Virus record (IMG/VR): IMGVR_UViG_3300026118_000005
Coordinates: 2,916 to 66,915 of that record
From: a virus
Reading direction: 5' to 3' (one strand)
DNA: 64,000 nt
Positions 47,603-57,466 of this stretch are shown here, piece after piece. The position numbers and the translations under genes are program-made. The notes beneath the pieces were generated by a model. It worked only from the letters and a program-made list of their open reading frames with translations. It was not told where the DNA came from and did no database searches. The number at the start of each line of letters is the position of its first letter. Position 1 is the first letter of the stretch.

Positions 47603-48600
47603 CTCTGCGCCTCCATGTTTGCTCGGGCGATGATTGACCGGGCGGTTTCCTTGTCGGTGCTCCAGAGAAAGTTCCAGCACCAATCGTCATCGCTCGCCTT
47701 CTCGGGGCGCGGGCACCTGTAGGGCGCGTCCCGGTCGGCTTCGTAGTGGCGTTTCCAGTCCTTCGGAGGGGGTGGGGATGATGCTGGCTTAGGGGGGACT
47801 GGCTGCGGAACTTCCGAAGCTCTACCGTTCCCATCTTTGGCCTTCCATCGGTCCGCGAACACCTCAGGTTGATGCCACAGTTGTTTCTGGAAGAAGGTCA
47901 TTGCGGGAGGCACGAAGCGGTTGGAGTGCCCGTTCGGAGCGGCTTTAATGAACACGGCACATTCTTGAACCTTTTGAAACATATCCTCAGGATCTTCCCC
48001 TTGGTCCAAAATCCCATGGATCAAGGCGAGCACCTCCATGGGGGAATCTTTCCGAGGATAGGCGTCCTTGATTCGAGTCGGCCAATCGGCGTCTCTCTCT
48101 CTCTCTTGAGATGCCTTTGCTTCTGCATCTCCCTCTTCCTCTGCATGTGTGACTTTTTTGAACCGCTTTGAACGCTTTTGAACAGATTGAACACGTTGAA
48201 CATTGGCTTTCTCTGCCCGTTCTCTCCTTCGGTAGTCCCGAAAATAGGCGCGTCTGGACTCCTCATCCAGAAGGCTCCGATAGTGCGAATAGTTGATGAT
48301 GCGCCACCCCCATTGCCGACTCGCCTCCAAGGGTTCCAGTCTTCGACCTTCATTTCCAGGGGATCGGGACGCTGGATCAGGGGCTAGCAATTCCGTTATG
48401 GCGGATTGCACAATCTCAAGCGGGACGTTGGTCCGGCGAGAGATGGCTTGATGGGTCATATCCACCGCCCCTTCCGAGTCTGCCAATACCAACAGATCCA
48501 TAAAAACGTGGCGCGTCGTGTAGTTCTCAGCAATGCTGGAATCGAAAATCTGCTCAAAGATTTTGGCAAACATACCTTGGAATATTAGCGCTCTAGCCAT
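47599..48600 (-). CDS. Phage replication initiator
   Basis: N-terminal wHTH-like region, internal iteron-coded VQRVQSVQKRSKRFK, C-terminal YPRK domain; upstream of DnaB. Confidence 0.7.
   Translation of the reverse strand: MARALIFQGMFAKIFEQIFDSSIAENYTTRHVFMDLLVLADSEGAVDMTHQAISRRTNVPLEIVQSAITELLAPDPASRSPGNEGRRLEPLEASRQWGWRIINYSHYRSLLDEESRRAYFRDYRRRERAEKANVQRVQSVQKRSKRFKKVTHAEEEGDAEAKASQERERDADWPTRIKDAYPRKDSPMEVLALIHGILDQGEDPEDMFQKVQECAVFIKAAPNGHSNRFVPPAMTFFQKQLWHQPEVFADRWKAKDGNGRASEVPQPVPPKPASSPPPPKDWKRHYEADRDAPYRCPRPEKASDDDWCWNFLWSTDKETARSIIARANMEAQR
48158..48201. repeat. Iterons (TTGAAC x5), candidate origin
   Basis: Copies at 48158, 48168, 48178, 48187 and 48196; further copies at 48605 (inverted), 48618 and 48629. 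Confidence 0.7.
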
Positions 48601-48689
48601 GATTGTTCAACACGTTTTTGAACATACTTTGAACACCTGTCTTGGACATTGCCCGAATCCCGAATCCGTCAAGCCCCTAGGCGGGGGAT

Positions 48690-49028
48690 TTATCTGGACG
48701 GTTGGAACCTTTTGACGGTTTCCTCTGCGTCTTTCCGTCGGCGCTCGAAATCGACGTTCCACATATCTCGCTCAACGCGGAGGTCACGGATCTTGAGGAA
48801 GGCCATTATGCGGGGATCTTTCTTCCCAATCAGGATGTCCCCGCACTCCTTGCAATAGCATCCATCACCGGTTCCTTCGAAATAAACCGCGTGATTCAGC
48901 GTTATCGTTTTCTCCTTCGAGCAGTGGTAGCAATACTCCTTTCCGCAATGGTCGCAGGTATGCGGGTACGTTATTTGTTCCGAGCAGCAGTCACAAAACG
49001 TGACCTCTTGAGGTATGGTTTTCTTCAT
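48690..49028 (-). CDS. Cys-rich hypothetical protein
   Basis: Multiple CxxC pairs. Confidence 0.55.
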   Translation of the reverse strand: MKKTIPQEVTFCDCCSEQITYPHTCDHCGKEYCYHCSKEKTITLNHAVYFEGTGDGCYCKECGDILIGKKDPRIMAFLKIRDLRVERDMWNVDFERRRKDAEETVKRFQPSR

Positions 49029-49396
49029 GGTGTTTGCGTCTTTCTATACGGCAGGTCGTCCAGCTCTTTCGGGAGACGTCCGGCGGTGATTTGCTCCTGG
49101 GTCCACATCATGCAAATGATGTTCCAGCAGAGGGCCGCATGGGGGTCCGGATCTTCGATTGAGCCCTCTCCGATCTGGAGCAGGTGCCGCATGATGCTGT
49201 CGTAATAGCTGGTCATCGGGATGCCCTTGCGCCAGTTGCCTAAGCCGTAGTGTTTAGCACCGCTCTGGAAGTGGACGCCCAGCCTGCGGAGTGCGCACGG
49301 CGGGATCTCGGACATGAGCCCTTTGCCGGTCTTGCCGTCTCTGACTGCGCCAGTTTCGAACTCGGTCCGTGATCCGGTGTCGGGGAGGGTGGTCAT
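49025..49396 (-). CDS. dATP/dGTP diphosphohydrolase-like (DUF5664) protein
   Basis: FETGAVRD..GKG, GAKHYG..NWRKGIP...DSIMRHL, HAALCWN. Confidence 0.75.
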   Translation of the reverse strand: MTTLPDTGSRTEFETGAVRDGKTGKGLMSEIPPCALRRLGVHFQSGAKHYGLGNWRKGIPMTSYYDSIMRHLLQIGEGSIEDPDPHAALCWNIICMMWTQEQITAGRLPKELDDLPYRKTQTP

Positions 49397-49644
49397 GGAC
49401 GTTTCCTCCTTGCTAGATTCAGACGGTAGTTTGTTTCCATCGCCATCCAAAATTCCGCTGGAATTTTTAGTGCTCGTTCAAGTCCGATAGCTGTTTCTGC
49501 CGTGATTTGAGCTTTTGCATGAATGATTTCGTTGATTGTCTTGATCGGTCGATTCATCATTCGCGCGAGCTTGGTTTGAGTCAGACTCTTGGCTTCTATA
49601 AGTTCTGCCAGTGTATCGCCCGGCGGAGTGGCATAGCGGCTCAT
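49393..49644 (-). CDS. higA: HigA-family antitoxin/Xre HTH, no adjacent toxin
   Basis: PPGDTLAE..LTQTKLA..INEII..ITAETAIGLERAL..AEFWM..TNYRL. Confidence 0.85.
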   Translation of the reverse strand: MSRYATPPGDTLAELIEAKSLTQTKLARMMNRPIKTINEIIHAKAQITAETAIGLERALKIPAEFWMAMETNYRLNLARRKRP

Positions 49645-50399
49645 ACTATCTCAAGCAACTCCCTCCCGTGGCTGACTTCGATCTTGCGGAGGGTCGCAAG
49701 GTTGCACTGGTGCCCGTCGGCTGCAAGGTCAACCGATTCACGCTCGGGGCCGGTCAGCCATTGGAGGCGTTGCATGCGTCTCGCCAATGCGATCTGATCG
49801 GAGTTCGGCCACGCGGTAGACGGGGCGGGGATGGTTTCGGGTTCTAGGGTCATGGTAGGTTCAGTGAACGATTCCTGTTACTTGCTTTCCATGCTTTGCT
49901 AGGACATCCTTGATATTATCTACGACGTGTTGAGCACGTTCGACAGGGGTGTCAAATTGAGTCCCGGCTTCGAACACAACCGGAGTCAGCTTTCGGTAAC
50001 GAGCCTTTGCAGTTTCCAGATCGGTTGGAGCAAGCTCAACCTTCACCATTTCGGTTTTGCAACCAGGACGCCGCATCGAAACTAAGACGGTTATGATGCA
50101 GTTTTGTTTTTGGGAATTCTTCATACTTCGATGTATCTCATGGGTTTGTTGAGGGATTCGGGGATCATAGCGGCAGCTTGGGATCTGCTTCGTCCGGTAT
50201 GCATAGCGATTCGAGGGGAACGCCGTCTGCAACGCAAATTGGTGGAATCTCCTGCTGAGTGTCCTTCTGCACTTCCGAAGTGTCAGTAGGCTTACTTATC
50301 GGCAACTCAAGTTGAGTCACGTCATCCTCAGGCTGCATCACGCCCACTCCTCCTTGTAGCAGCTCACCTGTTCGTAGTTCTTGCCGTCGATTTGCGTTG

Positions 50400-50933
50400 T
50401 CATGGTTTAATGCGTTTGAAGGTTACAACCGTCACTTCGGGATTGCTGACCCATGGGTACATTTTGCCGTTTAGTGAGTCCCAGAGTTTCTGATAGGCAC
50501 TGATTGGATTCCTCGCATGAAGTTTCACGTTCGTACAGTCCGCACTCCACCACGCGCCCGGCTCATCCTCTTGAAGTGGCAACTCTGTGATGCCTTCCGC
50601 CTTCGCATCACTTTCGCTGATGGTCTGCAAGCATTCTCGCCGAACAGCGATAACTTCAAGCGTGATACGGCTGGCCCAGCGAGGCATGAAGATAGAAGGT
50701 CTCCAAAGGTGGCCTGGAAACTTGCAGCATCGCCCCTCGTCCGTGGCTCGATAGCAAACCGGACCTTGTTTCTTATCCGCCAGCCATTCGAAACACTGCC
50801 AAGTTTCCTTCACCCAAAGGCGCATACCTACATCAAAGTTGCCGCTAAGCCTGCGGGTCTGCGTCTTGCGCCCTTCCAGCGTCGCAATCACCATCGGCGC
50901 GCACATGAGAAGCGGCCGTTCTTTCGGTTTCAT
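50400..50933 (-). CDS. ASCH/PUA-like phage protein
   Basis: MVIATLEGRKTQTRR, LWVKETW, WRPSIFMPRWASRITLEV, WVSNPEV. Confidence 0.75.
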   Translation of the reverse strand: MKPKERPLLMCAPMVIATLEGRKTQTRRLSGNFDVGMRLWVKETWQCFEWLADKKQGPVCYRATDEGRCCKFPGHLWRPSIFMPRWASRITLEVIAVRRECLQTISESDAKAEGITELPLQEDEPGAWWSADCTNVKLHARNPISAYQKLWDSLNGKMYPWVSNPEVTVVTFKRIKP

Positions 50934-50956
50934 CGTTTGAAGTCTAGGTTCAGCGT

Positions 50957-51895
50957 TCACGCCATTACCATCCATGGTTCTGGTCCGATATATCGCCATC
51001 CGTCGATCACTTCGCCGGTCATGTCGGATTCATCATCGTATCCTGGCCAGATGCCCGTTTGGAGGCATTGGCAATACTTCGCTAAGGCGTTCCGGTAGAA
51101 TGCCTCTCCAAGCGTCAGAAACTCCTCTGGTAGCGCTCTACGGCCAACAGAGTATGGAGGGAAGGATTCTTGCACGACGTGCTTGAACGTGTCGCGCTTC
51201 TCCCCGCTTGCCACGTTGTAGGCGTCCATATAGACGGCCCCTTGGCTATGCAACCCATAGGTAAAAACGTGCCTGGACCATTTGTGGGTTGCCAGAGAGT
51301 TCGTCGTCTTGAGGTCCGCGATTTCTCGAGAATCACGCGGCACAAGGTCAAGCAGGCATTTGAACGGGATCACGATCCCCGTCTCTTTATCTTGCCAGTC
51401 CACGCACACTTGCACCTGTCGGTCGCTTGATTCGAGTAGCGCGTTGATCCTCCGATCTTGCGTGAGTTTCTTCGCGGCCTTCCACGCGTTCGACATCATC
51501 TCAGGAGTCACGACTTCCAGACCTTGCGCCCGCTTCTCGTCTCGCCACGCTCGGCATGTTTTGCTCTGCCACGTCCATTCCTTTTCTTCCGGTGGATCGG
51601 CCTTCTTTTTACCCTTTGAAAGGTAGGTCTCGGGAGTAACCGCATAGATGGTTTCCACGAGATTGGGCGTCGTTACAATGCAATCAACCAGGGAGCCCCA
51701 ATCCATTTCGTCGGAAGATTCTTGTGGCGCTCCCTCAATCCATTTCTGAGGGCACGCCGCGAACTTGCGAAGCTCGCTATGACTCATCGTACGGCGCATA
51801 TCCCCTCTCGGAAACTGCTCACCCATCGCGTGGTAGTCGCGAGGATTGATGCCCAATGTAATGCCCTGTTGTGTCTTGGATGGTTGAAAGCTCAT
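50957..51895 (-). CDS. PD-(D/E)XK exonuclease (RecE/ExoVIII-like)
   Basis: YH...SHSEL, KCLLDL, IADLKTT, YGLHSQGAVY, WPGY. Confidence 0.8.
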   Translation of the reverse strand: MSFQPSKTQQGITLGINPRDYHAMGEQFPRGDMRRTMSHSELRKFAACPQKWIEGAPQESSDEMDWGSLVDCIVTTPNLVETIYAVTPETYLSKGKKKADPPEEKEWTWQSKTCRAWRDEKRAQGLEVVTPEMMSNAWKAAKKLTQDRRINALLESSDRQVQVCVDWQDKETGIVIPFKCLLDLVPRDSREIADLKTTNSLATHKWSRHVFTYGLHSQGAVYMDAYNVASGEKRDTFKHVVQESFPPYSVGRRALPEEFLTLGEAFYRNALAKYCQCLQTGIWPGYDDESDMTGEVIDGWRYIGPEPWMVMA

Positions 51896-52863
51896 ACGAT
51901 GTCGAGTTTGGTTTTGGTTTTCTCCAGAACTTCGGCCATTCGCTTGTCAGAAAGGCCGGAAAGTTCTTCGGTATCGGCCATGACATCATTCTCAATCGCC
52001 CATACAGAAAACTCATAAGGAGACTGCCCCTCACGCTTCATGATGTCCCAGAGTTGCGCTTTGGGCGACTTAGCAGCCTTTGGCGCTTCCTTTGGTTCGA
52101 GCTTCGGACTACCGCCAGGATTGGCGCACCACTGTGCGATGGCTTGGCCGTGCTTGATGCCGATTTGCTCGCCTTCACGGGGTAGGCAGTGAAGCAAGTC
52201 TGGGTGCGTCCATTTCGTAGGGCGAAAGCAGCCGATCCTGTTTTCCGAATCATCTTCCAGATTGAGAGTTTCCCCGGCAATCAGCATTTCGTAAATCAGC
52301 CCCGAATCTTGGATTGGCGACGAATGCTCAGGCTGAATAATGGTTGTCTTGCCTCGGTCATCCTTGCCCATTTGAACCTTGTCCTTGCCGCGAAAGCAAA
52401 GGATGATCGGGATAGGCGAACGAAGAAGCTTGGCGACGAATCGGTTGTGTGCAGGCTTGCACTTTGCCGCCGCCGCAAGCGCGAGCTTATCGGCTTTCTT
52501 CCAATCGTCCCCGCAGCGTTCGTCAATCCATGCCTGTTTGATCTCCAGATAAGAGAACCACTCATGGGATGCCGAATCAATGAGGAGACCATCGAACTTC
52601 GCCTCGAATGCCAAATCCATTGCCTCGCAGTATTTTTCCGGCGTGAACGGCGCTTCCATGTCCAGGACTTCGAAGTCTCCAGCCTCTCGACCTACGTTGA
52701 TGGAAAGCCTCCTTCCCTCCGTGTCGATTGCTCCCATTCGCCCTTTCGGACCAATAAGGCCGCGCATCAACAAGAGCGCTGAATAGCTCTTTCCGGTGAA
52801 GCTTTTACCGAAGAGCCCCACCAAGGGGACAATTCCAGTTCGTTTTGCAGGAGCGAATGTCAT
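51892..52863 (-). CDS. AAA_24/Sak4-like ATPase
   Basis: GKSFTGKS Walker A, IDTEG, LIDSASHEW; next to the exonuclease. Confidence 0.8.
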   Translation of the reverse strand: MTFAPAKRTGIVPLVGLFGKSFTGKSYSALLLMRGLIGPKGRMGAIDTEGRRLSINVGREAGDFEVLDMEAPFTPEKYCEAMDLAFEAKFDGLLIDSASHEWFSYLEIKQAWIDERCGDDWKKADKLALAAAAKCKPAHNRFVAKLLRSPIPIILCFRGKDKVQMGKDDRGKTTIIQPEHSSPIQDSGLIYEMLIAGETLNLEDDSENRIGCFRPTKWTHPDLLHCLPREGEQIGIKHGQAIAQWCANPGGSPKLEPKEAPKAAKSPKAQLWDIMKREGQSPYEFSVWAIENDVMADTEELSGLSDKRMAEVLEKTKTKLDIV

Positions 52864-52931
52864 GATGTTTTGACTCGGTGATATTTCTGAATGCCGCAGT
52901 CTCGGCAGGTGCGAACGAGTTGCGTCTGTTC

Positions 52932-53252
52932 TTAATTCCTCCAAACGCCTCCCTGAATGGAAACGGGTTCGATGACTTGATGCTTCGAAAGTTTCCCGAC
53001 GATGAATCCGGCTTTGAATTGACGAATACTTGCTTCGCTGGCCAGATCGCCTAGTCTTTCGCGTTCGATGCGCAGATGCTCTTTGAGGGACCAATGATGC
53101 CAGAGAAACATCAATGCCGCGCCGACAAGCATGCCAGCGGATAGGATCATTCCCGTCTCCAAATGGGCGAGAAGGTTGCCGCCCATGATGCCGACTCCGA
53201 AAGCGAGTCCGGCGATGTATAGCCACGTTAGTATTTGTCGGGTTAGTTTCAT
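52932..53252 (-). CDS. Membrane protein
   Basis: Two hydrophobic helices. Confidence 0.55.
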   Translation of the reverse strand: MKLTRQILTWLYIAGLAFGVGIMGGNLLAHLETGMILSAGMLVGAALMFLWHHWSLKEHLRIERERLGDLASEASIRQFKAGFIVGKLSKHQVIEPVSIQGGVWRN

Positions 53253-53740
53253 AGTCCTTTTCTTCTTCCGTATTCAGCGATTAGAGCCGCATCAACTAGT
53301 CCCTCGTGCGGCTTGGAACTGCGCGAGGTTGCAAGCCATGTTTCACTCGGCCAAAGTCGAGTAGCTACTGCGAGGGCGAATTTCTTCGTCTCTCCCTTTG
53401 GGCACGATCCAAGCATTTCCTTTTGCCATGTTTGAGGGGCAATGCGGAAGTGACGAAGCTCCCGCGTCTCAAGTAAGGAACGAACGGACCCGTAGCTATC
53501 CCACATGGAGCAAAGCGCGTTGACTCCAGGGGAATGTTTACCGGGAGTCTCTAGTAACACGGTGAAATCAGATGGCCGCCAACACGATAGCCATTGCCAT
53601 ATGTGCCACGATCCAACCTCGTTACCCTTACCTTTGCCTTGGAGCGGCATCCGCATGGTTGCAATCGGGGCCACGCCTGGGTGATCCGAAAGCGCTACCA
53701 AGCCGCCGGTGAGTCCATTATCGATCCCGATGTAAATCAT
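53249..53740 (-). CDS. RuvC-like Holliday junction resolvase
   Basis: YIGIDNG..GG, VLLE, PQTWQK, DAALIA. Confidence 0.8.
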   Translation of the reverse strand: MIYIGIDNGLTGGLVALSDHPGVAPIATMRMPLQGKGKGNEVGSWHIWQWLSCWRPSDFTVLLETPGKHSPGVNALCSMWDSYGSVRSLLETRELRHFRIAPQTWQKEMLGSCPKGETKKFALAVATRLWPSETWLATSRSSKPHEGLVDAALIAEYGRRKGL

Positions 53741-54390
53741 AACTTGACGCGGATTGCGACTACTCCAGTAAGACAATAGCAGTACGCCATAGGGAAAGCC
53801 GAGTGAACTTCGGACAGTTTGGCTCCGACGAATAGAAGGAACGGAGTCCTGCCGTCATCCTCCGAATTCGGAAAGCGTTCCATCACTTCCTCCTCACTCG
53901 GATCAAACTCCGGCCCGTTGTCGATTCCCATTTGAGGGTGGCCGATTCTGGCGTCAATTTGGCGGTCGATGGTATTCATGGTTTTTGTGCTTTCACCCAT
54001 TCAATGGCCTCGTCGCATTTCTTGTCGTGAGATTCGTAATCAGCGATTACTTGGGCACGAGTCTTGCCGCTATTCCCATGTTCTTCCTGCATCTGCTGCG
54101 GGGTGAAATGCCTGAATGCCGATTTTGCTCGGTAAGTATCATCACCCCTCATTTGATCCAACGCTTGGATGGCTGTTTTTTGATGTTCGTTCATTGCAGT
54201 ATGATTGCTTTGGTTGTTTCGTTGCACGTGCATTTAGACGAGTGGCCCATCTCTTGGTGGATCACATTTCTGCACTCGCGGCAGACTTCAACGAACCGAA
54301 CGGCATCCGCCACGTGATCGCGTATCTGGTTCGGAGTGCATAGGATCGTGTCCATCGTCACGCCTGGTTGAGAGAGTAGTTCGCGGATGG

Positions 54391-54909
54391 TCATGGGTTG
54401 CAAATTTTAGCAATGTATTCTCTGGCCTTAGATATGTCCCAAGCATGAATTAGGCGATGCTCCTTCGTTACATCTTCCGACGAGAAAAGCTCATCCGCTG
54501 TTTTCGTTCCCCTTGTGTCCGTCCAATCAATGGATATAACCCGCTTGCGCCACCCGATTTTGATCCTGCCTACCGGCGTTGTGACTATAAACCACGGTAG
54601 ATGTTTGCAACAGTAACGGTCACAATATCCATTCGGAATCGCCTCAATATAAATAGGACCATTAAAGAGTCCGATGATGTCATCACGCTGCCTTCTGGCG
54701 AATTCTTGAGCATCGGGGTCTTTGGCAATGCGGGCCACGTTTATTGCTGATTCGATAAGGTTGATGGCCTTATCGGCTGCGCTCCAAATTTCATCCTGTT
54801 CTAGGTCGGGCATATTAGAACCCGCAACGGTAATGCGAATTCCAAGAGATCCATGCCCACCAACGGATTCTCGACTTGCCAGTCGAACGTAAGATTCTTC
54901 GCGGATCAT
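54391..54909 (-). CDS. Hypothetical phage protein
   Basis: 172 aa; PWFIVTT..GRIKIGWRKRVISIDW. Confidence 0.6.
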   Translation of the reverse strand: MIREESYVRLASRESVGGHGSLGIRITVAGSNMPDLEQDEIWSAADKAINLIESAINVARIAKDPDAQEFARRQRDDIIGLFNGPIYIEAIPNGYCDRYCCKHLPWFIVTTPVGRIKIGWRKRVISIDWTDTRGTKTADELFSSEDVTKEHRLIHAWDISKAREYIAKICNP

Positions 54910-55175
54910 TCTGATTTCGAGATAAGTTTTGATGCAGCTTCGGTGATAACGTGCGCTTCGTCGTCCCAGTCTTTCAAAGGAACCTCTAACGCTCGCTCAT
55001 CGCTCAATTCCGTAGAGTCGAATCCGACAAGATCTGCGTTGCCTGGATTGTGCAATTCGGTTCTCCAGGATGCGACATGCTCAAGCGCGTCTTCATCCGA
55101 CACAGCCAGAACCACTGTCGCATAAGTGATCGTGTTGGTGATCTCGTACAGTTTGAGTTGGGGTGAGTCGCTCAT
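54906..55175 (-). CDS. Hypothetical protein
   Basis: 89 aa coupled ORF. Confidence 0.5.
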   Translation of the reverse strand: MSDSPQLKLYEITNTITYATVVLAVSDEDALEHVASWRTELHNPGNADLVGFDSTELSDERALEVPLKDWDDEAHVITEAASKLISKSE

Positions 55176-55250
55176 TCGAAGGAGAATAGAAATTCACATT
55201 CCATTGTCGATCCCTATGTATAGCATATTCGTGAATGGGTAGCCCGAAGG

Positions 55251-55499
55251 TTATTTGACGGCAGTGTAATAGTAAAACTTGCCCTTGCGCTCGCGGGTGA
55301 CGAAGCCCATTTGCATGAGGTCCGTCAGTCGATTGCACAGTGCAGCCATTTTGACATGCGGCAATGCCGCCAAGAAATCCGCACTGCTTTTCCCCGGAAG
55401 GCGCTTCACGACGCTCAAGGTTTCCATGTACTCGTCCGACAGGGGAGTTTCCCCCGAGCCGTGGCATGTACGACATGTGATGTTTGGTCGTTTACTCAT
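55251..55499 (-). CDS. Zn-ribbon/winged-HTH regulator, first gene of the replication operon
   Basis: CRTCHGSG plus NRLTDLMQMGFVTRERKGKFYYY; promoter TTGCAT-17-CAGAAT upstream. Confidence 0.65.
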   Translation of the reverse strand: MSKRPNITCRTCHGSGETPLSDEYMETLSVVKRLPGKSSADFLAALPHVKMAALCNRLTDLMQMGFVTRERKGKFYYYTAVK

Positions 55500-55555
55500 T
55501 TAGGTGGATTCTGACGCCAATCGCTCACTCATGCAAGTGATTTTCTGAAATTTGT

Positions 55556-55583
55556 TTGACACCCTCCCGCTCGGATGTAGGAT
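55556..55583 (+). promoter_or_regulatory. Promoter for ncRNA cluster B
   Basis: TTGACA(55556-55561)-16-TAGGAT(55578-55583), divergent from the replication operon. Confidence 0.65.
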
Positions 55584-55595
55584 CGGGCATTCAAT

Positions 55596-55664
55596 GGAGG
55601 CGATGTGAATTCGAGGACGCTCGAATGGCATCCGCAAGCTGGGAGAAATCCTGGGCCTCCGCCA
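55596..55664 (+). ncRNA. Mini tRNA-like RNA B1 with encoded CCA
   Basis: GGAGGC/GCCTCC stem followed by G-CCA; one long hairpin and a GAAA-capped T-like arm; no D-arm. Confidence 0.5.
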
Positions 55665-55685
55665 AAGCTCTTTGACATCGCGAAC

Positions 55686-55864
55686 GAAAACAAGGTCCAG
55701 CGGCACCCCGGACAGTGAGCGGGGAGCGAGAGTGCTGTGATGAGGCTCCTTTGTGGTGCAAATCCACGACGTGGTAAAACACGGACCACTCGACAGTAGA
55801 GCGAATTAACGCGAGAGAGGACCCAACGCAGGGCGCGAATCCCTGCCCGCTGGACCTTGTTTTC
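55686..55864 (+). ncRNA. tRNA-like structured RNA B2
   Basis: Perfect 18-bp closing stem 55686-55703/55847-55864 stacked on T-arm GCAGGG-CGCGAAT-CCCTGC. Confidence 0.7.
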
Positions 55865-55865
55865 A

Positions 55866-56042
55866 GAATCATCGAACGGGCGGAATGCCATTCAAGCAGT
55901 GCAGATTCCCACGGATACCTGCGCACCGATGGCCTACCAATTTTATTGGGCGACTCCACAATATCACCCTGGACTTCGGTCCATTGAAAATAAGAGTTCG
56001 GTTTGCAGCTTTGCGACCTGCCGTCCGTCCGTTCGATGATTC
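55866..56042 (+). ncRNA. Structured RNA B3
   Basis: 19-bp closing stem 55866-55884/56024-56042 (one G.U); internal C(UUCG)G hairpin. Confidence 0.65.
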
Positions 56043-56185
56043 ACCACTTTGCGTTAGCCTGCACAAAGCGTAGGCCGTTGAGCCTGCCGCCTAACGCATT
56101 TTCCTTCCGCCCGCAAGAGTCCCTTCGGTCAACTTGGCTCATCTCACGAGGAGCCTCGGGGACTCCGGGCGGGAGGGATTCAAAA

Positions 56186-56314
56186 CACGCGAGTAGACGA
56201 AGTACAGTCAACAGTTAGCTGGTGCCGACAATACAAGAGACGGTGACCCCGCTTCTTATTTAGAGCTATAGCGCAGTAGCCGTCGGCGTGGAGGTGCAAA
56301 CCCTCCCTCGCGTG
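56186..56314 (+). ncRNA. tRNA-like structured RNA B6
   Basis: Acceptor CACGCGAG/CTCGCGTG; TA-GAC..GTC D-arm; T-arm GGAGG-TGCAAAC-CCTCC; branched insert closed by GCCGAC/GTCGGC. Confidence 0.65.
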
Positions 56315-56362
56315 CCTTTTCTGCTTGCACTTTCCTCCAAAATCCATCACCCTCGAAAACCA

Positions 56363-56590
56363 ATGAGCAAAATCACACTCGATCTACTTGGCGCTTTGGC
56401 ACTGGCGCTGCTTTACGGGGCGTTCCTGGCGCTGACAGGGTGCGCGAATACCTTCGGAACGGACTCAACGCCGGTTCATGCGGCGGTCCAAGAAGGGGTA
56501 TACGTCCCCGCTGGCGCATCGTTCGCCGTTGGATCGGGAGGAAGACAGGCAACGCGCTCGGCTCAATCTCAAGCCTTCTGGGGACGATGA
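56363..56590 (+). CDS. Small lipoprotein
   Basis: Hydrophobic leader with lipobox LTGC. Confidence 0.5.
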   Translation: MSKITLDLLGALALALLYGAFLALTGCANTFGTDSTPVHAAVQEGVYVPAGASFAVGSGGRQATRSAQSQAFWGR

Positions 56591-56985
56591 AAGTCCGATT
56601 CCTTTACCTGCTGCCGCTTCTGACGGCTTCTTGCGCCTATCAGGAACACCTAGCGGTTAGTTCAACTGGCAACTACGAGCGAGACCGAAATTTCACCGTT
56701 GGCGGTACTGGACACATCGCAGGCGCGGACGGTTCCAGCATGACGCATGACCACAGAGAGAGCTTCAAAGATGCGGTGCAAGGCGCTGTGCTTTTGGGAG
56801 GATCGATCGCCACAGCCAGTGTGAACAAGGCCAAGGAGATCACGTCGCAGCAAGCCACCAAGCAAGCCCAGCAGACGGCCAGGAATGCGAGCAACAACGC
56901 GACGAAGGTTCAGCTTGGCGGACAGGTGCCGGTCAAAAGCGGACCCGATGAAACAGTGACATTCCCGCCGATTCCGAAGCAATGA
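56587..56985 (+). CDS. Lipoprotein
   Basis: MKVRFLYLLPLLTASC lipobox; ATGA-coupled. Confidence 0.6.
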   Translation: MKVRFLYLLPLLTASCAYQEHLAVSSTGNYERDRNFTVGGTGHIAGADGSSMTHDHRESFKDAVQGAVLLGGSIATASVNKAKEITSQQATKQAQQTARNASNNATKVQLGGQVPVKSGPDETVTFPPIPKQ

Positions 56986-57151
56986 ACTGCCGCCGTTGCC
57001 ACGTCCCGATGCGCCCAGGGATCGGCATCGCTCCGGCCTTCTCGTCTCGCAACGGGCGCACGTTCAGCTATGCAGCTTGGCACAAGGTCGCGCCTCTGGT
57101 GGGCGTCCTGAAATGCCCGAAATGCGGACATTCCGTGAGTTTCCAAAAGCC

Positions 57152-57466
57152 ATGAACCTGCAAGAATCGGTTAAGCTCATCATGGAAAGTCTGCCTGCGC
57201 ACAAGGCAAGCCTGGACATCCATCACAACAATCACCTGTCCTGTTATCTCACCGTCCAAGAAGCAATTGATGACGAATGGGAAGAGTTCAAGGAAGACGT
57301 CTGGGTGAGCGAGGAGGAAAAGCAAAGGGCCATTGAAACGAACGAATGCTGGTCCCTTCAGTGGTATCCTGACACGCCATGCGGATTCAATCTCAAGAGC
57401 GCATCTACTCTTTTGGCGCTCCTTCAAGCGGTGGCACCCACTGAGCCTTCCCCAAAATCCGATTGA
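57152..57466 (+). CDS. Hypothetical protein
   Basis: HKASLDIHHNNH...WSLQWYPDTPCGF. Confidence 0.6.
   Translation: MNLQESVKLIMESLPAHKASLDIHHNNHLSCYLTVQEAIDDEWEEFKEDVWVSEEEKQRAIETNECWSLQWYPDTPCGFNLKSASTLLALLQAVAPTEPSPKSD

Noticed and set aside
56186-56314. Intron-containing or selenocysteine tRNA
   Set aside because: No recognisable anticodon arm, no group I core and no UCA anticodon in position.
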